A DNA stretch of 64,000 bases from Octopus sinensis (Eukaryota), in contig NC_042997.1 of the NCBI RefSeq assembly GCF_006345805.1, positions 180,606,001 to 180,670,000 of the forward strand. The letters run 5' to 3'. The position numbers and the translations under genes were made by a program. The notes beneath the pieces are model-generated. The model was not told the origin of the DNA. It worked only from the letters and a program-made list of their open reading frames with translations, and searched no databases. Shown piece by piece: positions 53,421 through 64,000 of the stretch (positions are counted from its first letter, which is position 1; the number at the start of each line of letters is the position of its first letter).

Positions 53421-54161
53421 TGACTAACCCCTCCACAAAAATCTGCTGGGCACTTGTCAGCATTATAAATAATAATTAGTATTATTTTCATTCGTATCAC
53501 TATCAACATGATTATCATCATCGTCATCATCATCATCATCATTATTACCATCATCACCAACAACAGCAACATCAGTATCATTATCATTAAGATCAGCTTG
53601 ACAATTGTGATGACACAATGATACAGAGATAACGAATACAGATGAATATATTTATTGTGGACAGGTTAGTGCGGAATGTGATTGGGAAAATACGTATAGG
53701 AGAATACGCTAGAGAATGAAACCATATGATAATGAGCGTAGCGAAAACTACTAATACATTATCATAACCAGTGGTTTCAGGTGTCTAATAATGCATATAG
53801 AATAGGTACACTTGAGAAGTAATGAAACTATAAGCATTCTACTGTTATCTCAAAACGGTTTCAGTGAGCTTTTTGTCATTTATTCAATACAATATAACTG
53901 AGACCAAGGAAGGAGAAAACATCGGGAAGACGGAAATGTTTTTCTGTCACACTTCGACACAATACGCAAAAGCCTGATGTTTTATTCATGTAGTCAACAC
54001 CATCGCCTTATAAAATATACATAACAGTTATTAGATTTCATATTTGCTAACGTGACAAATAGTCACTTTGCAATTGGTTTCACTTTAAGTTGATTAAGTA
54101 ATGTGCGGCTTATTAAACATAGTGTACACACACACACGCAAACACGAACACACTCACACAA

Positions 54162-54247
<86 letters not shown>

Positions 54248-54288
54248 ATTATTTATCTGTGCATGTGCATATATATATATATATATAC

Positions 54289-54331
<43 letters not shown>

Positions 54332-54620
54332 ATATGCATATATGTATATATACGTGTATGCATGTATATATGTATGCATGTATGTATGTATTTATATATG
54401 TATATATGTATGTATGTATGTGTGCATATGCACATATATGCCTGTGAACGCATATGTGAGTATACACATATACTTTTGTCTGTGACTGCAAGCATGCTTC
54501 TACGGCTGTTATTTTTTACTTTTATACTTGTGTAGATATGTTCATAAAGTTTTGTATAATTATTATTGTTGCTGTTGTTGTTGTCATCGTCGTCGTTATT
54601 TTGGTTGTTGTTGTTGTTGT

Positions 54621-54662
<42 letters not shown>

Positions 54663-55206
54663 CAGCAGCAGCAGCAGGAGGTAGAATTTTACACATGCTA
54701 ATAATTTCAGCTGTACCACTAGGTCTTGTCTTTTATTTAATTACGAAAACACGAAAATGATTGCTGATTTCTGAAGTATACGTCACTTCTAAAAAACTGC
54801 TGCTGCTTCCATGGAAACGACAAAATAAAAAAGTGCAGGGACATGATACGGATTGCCAGCCATTAAATCAGAAGTCTAATATATATGCCACTTTAATTTA
54901 ATAAGTTATGACTCTCGTGTGCCATCCATATAAGAATGCCGATCGTATATACATAGAATTCGGTTGGAATGTAAACGCGAGAAATTTAAACGCAAATTCC
55001 GGTTTCATTGGTAAAACCCTCATCACAAACTATCTCAAAAATATCTGATAGATGTTTTGTCACTTGCTGCTTCTTTTTAATTCAATCATTCTTTACTTTC
55101 TTGAACGAGTCAAGTGTGTAAGACGTTAATCCATTCAAACGTAACACGCGTATCTTTCTTCGGCTTGCTCCGGATGAAATCTAAACAGGATTCTTGCCTT
55201 CTATAG

Positions 55207-55290
55207 TAGCAACTTGCTGCAATAGCAAGGTTTCTCTTCACCTGGATTTTCTTGCATATAACCACATAAAGACTTGCAATAAACCACTAG
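55207..55290 (+). CDS. Weak candidate exon (84 nt, phase 1 to 1), ATCCNSKVSLHLDFLAYNHIKTCNKPL(G)
   Basis: Acceptor gccttctatag and donor TAG|gtgagt with an open frame. No partner exon found. Confidence 0.25.
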
Positions 55291-55538
55291 GTGAGTCAGA
55301 AAAGAAGAGACAACAGTGATCCTTTTAATTCTCTGAAAAGATTATGTATCTTAACATAGTTCTGCCCCCTTTACTGAAGCGTAGACCTATCTTACTTAGA
55401 ACTACATAATTACAAGTTCCCTTGAATTCTTTCGTCTTCCGGAAATATTACGAGTTATTTTCAGCAGGCCTGAATATCACACAATCTGGGCGAGGACGCT
55501 GTCAGATTATTGATCTAATCCCTTGATTGATTCATATA

Positions 55539-56104
55539 TTGGGTTGTCCGGAAAGTTCGTGCCGATTTATAGTAGCTTACATTTCGACTTATTTTAGAAC
55601 ATGGTTGAGTCCATAAAATAGGAATTGACTACATCTCCATCTAGAGCACAGTTTAAAATATATTTTCTTGGAAGAAGGTTTATGTTCCTATAATCTGTGT
55701 TAATTCTGTAACCCTTTAAAATAAAAGATGAGAAAGTTCATTTTCGACACTTGATGCTTTGGGAACCAGACAAAAATTGCTACAGCTCGGCTGAGATGGG
55801 TTACCTCACCCTCCATATCTCCAGATATTGCTCCTTTGGATTTCCACTTATTCAGGTTTCTGCAGAATAGTCTTAACGGTAAAAATTTCAATTCCTTGGA
55901 TGACGTAAAAAGATACCTTGATGAATTTTTTGCCATGAAACCACCTCAATTCTGGGAAGAGGGTATTTTCAAGTTAAAGGATAGATGGAAACGCATTGTG
56001 TAACAAAATGGTTCATATTTGGTTGATTAAAAATGTAATGGCAAGTATTTATTGATCTTTTTCTTGCCTTTAAAAATCGGGAAGGAACTTTCAGGACAAC
56101 CCAA
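55539..56104 (+). mobile_element. Internally deleted mariner element
   Basis: TIRs ttgggttgtccggaaagttcgtgccgattt / aaaatcgggaaggaactttcaggacaacccaa with TA on both sides. EKVHFRHLMLWE is fused to the HPP-SPDIAPLDFHLFRFLQNSL C-terminus. Confidence 0.92.
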
Positions 56105-56963
56105 TATCTTGTTCTCGAAATTAGTAAAACTAATGTTTGTGTACGTGGGTTTCATACCAAAGGACGAAATTAGCATAAAATAATTTTACCGCTGCATCTA
56201 TCGCCGTCATTTCCAGAATATTCCTAACGCTACACACTTTATGGGAAAGCATAGACAAGTAGCTACCATACAAATATTGAATAGGTTTTCAACCCCTATA
56301 TTAAGGTAGACTATCCCAGCAAGTATTATACAAAAAATATGAATATTTATTACAAGCCCACTGTCGATATTGTGACTAGGCGTTTAATTAATTACTTATT
56401 GCAATCTAATATAGAGTTTTAACTCGCAAAAAAAAAGAGACGGGACTAAAGATCAGATGATATCTTGTGTCATATTCTAATATATCTAATACCCACAATC
56501 TTTGAATACTTCATTGGATTTTAATATCGGCATTAGGCCACGACAAGTTTAAGGGAAGTCACAGTAAGACTTAATTAGTACTTTTCCATAGACACGTTAA
56601 AGAATAACAGACAGAATCAGAGTGAACAGGTTTATGCACAGAGAAGACATACTAGATATATATATAAAGAATAATAAAACTAAATGTAACCAAAAAGACA
56701 CGATGTCTACAAGTGCTCTTTTGCTTTTTCCCAGTCGACTGACCAGGTCTAATTAAAAGATGTTTTAGACCTTAAATAATTCTTCTATAAATAATAAGAG
56801 ACAATGAAATTAAGAACGTCAAAAAATGGTCATTTCTCTCTTTCCCTCCCTTTCACTCTCTCTCTCTCTAATTATATGTATATACATACTTAATTTTACA
56901 TATAAGTACTTACATACATATATACATACATACATACATACATAAATGTATTTATATGTAGAT

Positions 56964-57037
<74 letters not shown>

Positions 57038-57267
57038 TATATGAATTGATGTATTGTCTGAATTGTCTGACTGCCTACATTGATTATATTTTCATTATAT
57101 ATATTTTTTTTCAGTTTGTTTCAATTTTGGGAATATTTTTCATGTTTTCTTTTCTGTCTTGCTTCCATAAACATTCGCTTTCCGTTATCTTATTTCCTAT
57201 AAAAGGTAATTTATAGCTTCTGTTTCATTTGCATATACATATGCATACTTACGTATATATAAATATA

Positions 57268-57456
<189 letters not shown>

Positions 57457-58072
57457 AGGATAGGTAGATATCTCTGTGTATATCTGGGTGCGCGCGCGTC
57501 TATTTGTTCATGTATATTTGATACATTTGTTACTCATAAACACACAGACATACACATATATCATGTGTGTGTGTGCGTGTGAGTGTGTATGTTCGTGTGT
57601 GTGAATATATATAATATGTGTGTGTATGTGTGTGTACTATTTTAAACATTTTATTTTAGAAAAATATTATAATGATATATAATGATAGCTAAAGCAACGA
57701 CGCTAGAAAATTAATTTATATCATATATATATTATGGTAGATAAAGACATATGATCGTCTTTGCCCACACATATCTATACACATAAACAGATTTTTATAC
57801 ATATATATGTGTGTGTATGTTTATATATATACATATATGTATGTATGTATATATATATATATATGTTTATGTATATATATATATGTATGTATGTATTTAT
57901 GTATATACATATACACATATATATATATATGTATAAGAAAATAGTAAAGTGTGAAAAAACGACAGAAGGCTTAAATGTTAAAAAATATATATATTTTTGT
58001 GTCAAAATGTCTGGAGAATATTGGAAAAATTTTTTTTCCTTTCCTTAAAATGACATAATTTTAAAATTTTTA

Positions 58073-58112
58073 AAGAAATTACCGGTTTCGCGTGTAGCTT
58101 TTCAAATTTCTT
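58073..58112 (-). ncRNA. Minimal type-I hammerhead ribozyme candidate, U3:A8 core (left arm)
   Basis: Exact mirror of 58704-58743. Confidence 0.7.
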
Positions 58113-58703
58113 GTGACGTTATGTTTATATTGCATGGAATTATCGTTGTTTTTATTTCCAGGAGATTTCTAAATAAGGGGAGGTAGTGAGTGATTTTTTC
58201 CGGTGTAGGGGAGATAATCGCTTAAAAATCTTTTTTCCCTTTTCCTTGTTAATTTCTCTGTGTCAGTATGTTCGGATGGTTGAGTCTGGGTTTGTACTTT
58301 TCAATGAAGAATGTTTCCTTGTTCAGTCTCATTGTGTTGATGATCCGAAAGCACATTGGTAAAATGGGAAGATTAAAAATTGTGGCAGTAGTTGCTTTGC
58401 GCATTGAGAAATGCGCAAAGCAACTACTGCCACAATTTTTAATCTTCCCATTTTACCAATGTGCTTTCGGATCATCAACACAAATGAGACTGAACAAGGA
58501 AACATTCTTCATTGAAAAGTACAAACCCAGACTCAACCATCCGAACATACTGACACAGAGAAATTAACAAGGAAAAGGGAAAAAAGATTTTTAAGCGATT
58601 ATCTCCCCTACACCGGAAAAAATCACTCACTACCTCCCCTTATTTAGAAATCTCCTGGAAATAAAAACAACGATAATTCCATGCAATATAAACATAACGT
58701 CAC

Positions 58704-58743
58704 AAGAAATTTGAAAAGCTACACGCGAAACCGGTAATTTCTT
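58704..58743 (+). ncRNA. Minimal type-I hammerhead ribozyme candidate, U3:A8 core (right arm)
   Basis: AAGAAAT-TTGAAAA-GC-tacac-GC-GAAAC-cg-GTA-ATTTCTT: perfect 7-bp helix I, 2-bp helix II, palindromic ACCGGT helix III. Confidence 0.7.
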
Positions 58744-58924
58744 TAAAAATTTTTAAATTATGTCATTTTAAGGAAAGGAAAAACAATTTTTCCAATATTC
58801 TCCAGACATTTTGACACAAAAATATATATATTTTTTAACATTTAAGCCTTCTGTCGTTTTTTCACACTTTACTATTTTCTTATATATTCACCCACGTGCT
58901 TTACCAAACAAACTTTCTTATATA

Positions 58925-58964
<40 letters not shown>

Positions 58965-58983
58965 CATCTATGTATATGCATAT

Positions 58984-59030
<47 letters not shown>

Positions 59031-59157
59031 GAGGTGCACACGTACACATATATGTGTGCATATTCCTCTCTTTCCGTTTTTAATTGAGTAAATTTTGACC
59101 GGCCATCTTCATGATAGCAATATTGTGAAGGAAAGCATCTTGTTTTAACCATCATGC

Positions 59158-59196
59158 TTGTATGTATGTATGCATGTATGTATGTGTGTATGTATG

Positions 59197-59230
<34 letters not shown>

Positions 59231-59323
59231 TGTGTGTATGTATATATATATGTATATATGTATGTATGTATGTAGTATGTATGTATGTATGTATGTATGT
59301 ATGTATGTATGTATGTATGTATA
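59158..59323. repeat. (TATG)n microsatellite
   Basis: Direct read. Confidence 0.95.
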
Positions 59324-62300
59324 TGAAATTTTGTTGCGGTATACTAGCTACACTGATAATAATGCCCATGTATGTTTTGACCTGTGAGGAAGCCAACTTA
59401 AACTGTCTTGGTATGGATTAAAAAAGCTAACTGATATCTCATTATCGTTGATTTCATTTGATACGATATTGATATGAATAATAAATATCCAGACGAATGC
59501 CTTTCTAAAAACGCATAGAATTTGTTGTACCAAAATGATTTATTATAATCGTGTTTATTCACTGATAGATTTCGGAAATTTTAAAAGGAAAAATAAATAT
59601 AAGAAACCACAACCGCAAAAAATACATACATCGCTGGTAGTCATACGAAATATAGTTCAATAACGACAAGAACTTTTGTCCATACATTTAAACTATGTAT
59701 TTGCTTTGACTCATTCGTTTTTAAAATATGGAGCTCTGTGCAAAAATATCAAAGAAAATGTGTATGAAAATTCAGCAGTTTAAATTGTTACCTATCTATC
59801 TAAACTTATCCGTTTGTGTGTATATATATATAATCTCCGTATAATATGTAGTTATATTAATATACATAACAGGAAAAATAGCGATTAAGGTAGTTAAACG
59901 GAACCAACGATTACTCCAGTTGTGTGTCCAGCTATCAGGCAACGCAGTAATGGAATTTAGGGTGCATTTAACGTTACTGCGTACCTGACCTGAAAATCCA
60001 GGAAATGCTATTATGGGGACTATGATAATAATAAATTACAAACCTGGAGAAGTAAGAGACTAAAAATATTTTATCGCGTATGTTTGTTGCTATTTCATAA
60101 TTCATATTGACACCATCGACTATTATTCGAAAGTATATGTGCATTTTACACATTTCACATATGCCTTGTATAGCCTAGACCAAATTGTAACCTCCGTAAT
60201 ATTTTCTAAGGAGTACTTCCTTCTAACACATTACTATTATGACTATATATGTATATAGGTGTATTGGGCGTATACGAAGGATATATAATGTGTATAGACC
60301 TTCAAGTAAGATTCGATGATGTAACTAAATGCGAATAATTAAAGAGTTGTAAACACACACGCTAACTATCTCAGTTCACAACGTATCTTGTAAACTCCTT
60401 AACTTCCTACTAAACCATCTTCTGATGTACAGTAAACCATCACATAGGCCCCTCTTGAGGTAATAAATACATGTAATTCGGAATATCCTTTAGACTTATC
60501 TGTCAATCTATCCGTTTCGATACTTTTATATTTGAGAAACAAAAGGCACCAACAAAACAGTGTAATGATTTTCGGTAACTTATGACTGATGCTATTTATT
60601 TATGAAAGAAATCTATCAACTTTAAGAACTAAGAAATATAGAGCAAAATACTCGAAGAATATGTAAGCACATATTTTTTTAATTCAGAGATAGTTGAGTT
60701 TCCCAGGATTTGAAATGTGCTAAATTGTAATTAGGGATGAAGTACGTCTTATGTTTGATGTGTATTCCAGTAATACAGCTGATTCTTTGGGTTCTACGTA
60801 TCTGAATTTGTTATAATCTCCAGTCAACAAGAATAATACAATACATTGTATGTTAGTGGTTTCAATTTAAATTTTACTATCTGAAATGAAAATGTTACTG
60901 GCAAAACATGCTGCATCGGGCATTTTTTTCTATTTAGATTAAGGGATGGATGTACGTATTACATAGATGTACTTAGTGTTATGCTCTTCGTGTTTGTCTA
61001 CGGCATGGCTCATAGAAAAAGAAATTACTAATATTTGGCTTAGCCTCTTTAAAACTGTTGCAATACCAGGACAATTAATATTTGGATATCAAACACTTAA
61101 TACATCATATATAGTCCAAAAATAGAACAAAAGATAGTATTCATATAGGATTTACCACGGTTTTCAATAGTTCGAGTTTGCCACACAGTCAATTGTGCAT
61201 GGCATAAAATTAAAACTGACAGTTATACAGTCATTCGGACCTAAGCTTGACAGCACAAAGAATGAATCATTTATGAAGAAAATTACTTGTTCTGAATTCC
61301 TCGAGCATTATTGACGCTGAGAATTTTACTGATAAAAAAGATCGTAAATACCATCAGTTGCATTATTTTTCACGCTGGAAATTGGGTAAAATGGCTTCAA
61401 ATTTTATATATAAATGTATGCATATGTATAAATTTGTCTATTTGTATAATTTTTGCTTCACGTATGAAAATGTGCTAAAAGTATCATTTAGAATATCAAT
61501 AAAGAGAGGATATTTATATTTCCGTTTTTCTTTGGTCCTGATATTCATAGAGGATATTTCATGTTCACCAAATGATTTTGAAATATTTTCAAACATATTT
61601 CTATATTTATTTCTAAAACATTATTACCTTTATGATTAAATTATAAAAAAGAATACAAGCTGAGCTGCAGATTTTTTAATTGTGATTCGTGATAAAAATG
61701 ATTTTCTAATGCTACGATAAAATTTGTAGACTGTATTTCAACCGGGTGCTTGAATTTCCATAATTTAGCAAAATACCCGACATTCATACTATAAATCATC
61801 ATTTCCAGAATCTAATGTCAATCAATCATGTTCAAAAATCGAAAATTATTGGCTATTAATCTTCCTTTATTCCAGGTCATATATTACATATAATGGTTTC
61901 TAAGTTAGGCACAATCCATGAATTTGGAGAGGAGATAGTTTATTGATACCACCAACCCTTTCTTGATTGTGGATGGGTTAAAGAGAAATTGGATCTCAAC
62001 AGAATTCGAAATTTCAATGGAATGATCAAGAACATTATTTCTTACACTCTGCTTCTCTATCGCCATGTGTGTTCCTGATAATAACAAGAGCGAATAATCA
62101 GTTATTGAAATGGAAATCACAAGAATAAGGAGGACAAAGTATACGAAATTAGTTTAAATGCACTGTAAATATAATGGACATATATTAAGGCATATAATTT
62201 AAAATATTTCACACCGCCGTATTTAAACAAAATGTTAGCCAATTTTTTTTTAAATTCGGATTGTAGCTGTAATTACATATAATTAAATAATCTTTTTAGA

Positions 62301-63439
62301 CGCTAATACATTTATCTAAGTAACTTTTAGACAGCTGCGAAAGACCCAGAATCGGATTGTAACATATAAAAACCACTTTTTTTTTTTTTTTTGCAGAAAT
62401 ATCTTTTGCTCCTTTGTTAAACGAGGAATGAGTGAGATTTCTGAAAATATCAATATTTAATATAACGTTTTAATGTATATTTCTACAGATATTAGATGAA
62501 AACAAGATTTTAAGTTTGTTTAGAAAGGCTTTGCGAAAACAGAGGTGTGCCTTTTTTAAGTTCTTGTGTATTTTTAACTGCCAAAAAATTGTGTACGAAT
62601 GTACATGTGTACATGTGTGTTTGTGCGTGCCTGTATTTAAGTCTGTGTGTGTTCTTGTGGGTAAATATATGTGTCTATGAATATTTCTATTTCTATATCA
62701 TGCAATTGAGAATATATATTGATTTAAATTTTATATTCAAAATTTAAGCACTTTGATGTTCAGAACTTACCCCAGGGAGTGCTTTCTCGACTCTTATGAT
62801 ATTCGACTGTGTTTACAATGTTGCATGTTTTACTATACGTCAACCCTGAGTGTATTTAAACGAGTTTATTTCAAACAACTACCAAACAAGCGTTGTTAGT
62901 GACAGAATTTTATCTGCGTGTATATTTTCAAGTGCATTAAAATGCATTTATCTCACAGAAAATAATCATCTCTAATGTAACAATAGTGTTTATGTAATTT
63001 GTGTTGATAAGTATGGTTAAGTTTATTTTCAGTCCATTCAGTTTCAATTGTATATTTTATACATTATTGACTTAGACTTGAGACCATTAAATCCCTCGAT
63101 GTTTTTCACCAATATTTGCAGTTCCAGCACCAATTTCGTGATTTGAATTTTATATCTGAAGTCGACCCCTAGGGAATAGTTAATTGAAGTCTACAACGCT
63201 TCTAGTTTGTTTACGACTCTTAATGTTTTGATTTATATCAGCCAAGTGTGTATTTATACAAGTTTGCTTGATCAACTATGTTTCTTGCGGTCCTGCTGAT
63301 GCCGAGAATACATGAATATATTTATACACGAATTTGAAATGTATATCACACAGATAAACTGTAATATCCAGGACGATAAATTATGTGCATTTTAATATAT
63401 GTCTATGAAAATACACAAAAACACACATACAAATTAATA

Positions 63440-64000
63440 GGTGTAAAGGTGGGAAGAGATGAAATTGAAAAGGTAAAGGGGAACGTTTATTTACGGTACA
63501 CAATGGATATACATCAAAACAAGGCTGCTTGAATCTCGAACACATTAAGAGTAGGATAGCTCAATAAAAGATGTGCTCAAAGCAATGCTGGAAACGACCA
63601 TGCGTGACTGACATATTAATAGCACCATCCTAACTGCGCTTTTATAATCAAATGAAACGTGGGCTACTACTAAGAAGGAAGAGTATCGATTACCTACCAT
63701 GTAAAGGGTCATGGAAAATACCTATACGAGGAATAGCATTACTAGAGTATATACTAAACTAGTGATTTCGACAATAAAGCAGTGTGAACAATATAGAATA
63801 CCGTAAGCGCATGTTCTACCTAGCCGGGCGTATCGCAACGTTTACGGACAACAGGTGGACAATGTTGTTGCCGACAAGTGGTATCCAAGAGATCGGAAGA
63901 GGCAACCCGGAGGGACTCCATAATGTGTGGAGTTCAATTTTGTTAAATGATCTGAGACAAATGGAAAAGAATGACGCAATCATGAGAGAATCGAAAGCAT
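63440..64000 (+). mobile_element. Highly decayed RTE-like LINE fragment (runs off the window)
   Basis: NSTILTALL*SNETWATTKKEEYRL and AGRIATFTDNRWT resemble the RTE RT C-terminal motifs LYGSETW and WAGH..DNRW. Confidence 0.7.

Larger units (their letters stand above)
57932..58884. mobile_element. Head-to-head Penelope 3'-end palindrome (~475-bp arms, 4-nt spacer)
   Basis: 57932-58405 mirrors 58410-58884 with about 3 differences. Each arm encodes a GIY-YIG C-terminus (FLIFPFYQCAFGSSTQMRLNKETFFIEKYKPRLN). Confidence 0.93.

Noticed and set aside
54985-55035. Minus-strand GTGATGA-ggg...GAAACCGGA hammerhead-like motif
   Set aside because: C3 and U16.1 are altered and helix I is absent; at best a relic.

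Overview
AT-rich, microsatellite-dense eukaryotic DNA. It is most likely an octopus (cephalopod) genome, inferred from the tRNA-derived SINE families and repeat landscape rather than from a database match. There is no long intact host ORF, and most ORF-track entries are translated microsatellites. Retroelements dominate. They include Penelope-like elements (RT + GIY-YIG) in tandem, inverted and fully palindromic arrangements, three families of RLE-type (R4/Dong-like) LINEs sitting in (TAA)n or (CATA)n tracts, two RTE-like LINE fragments, and many SINEs of three families. DNA elements are two Helitrons with both termini and one internally deleted mariner. The most interesting signal is a set of minimal type-I hammerhead ribozyme motifs in the Penelope terminal repeats. 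Two different Penelope families carry a compensatory U3:A8 core (UUGANAA instead of CUGANGA) with a palindromic helix III, and a third group has an extra A after A9. A run of phase-compatible minus-strand exons (5506 to 2822, possibly joined to a signal-peptide-like exon at 45704-45662) suggests an unidentified host gene. If that join is real, most of the elements lie in one ~40-kb intron.
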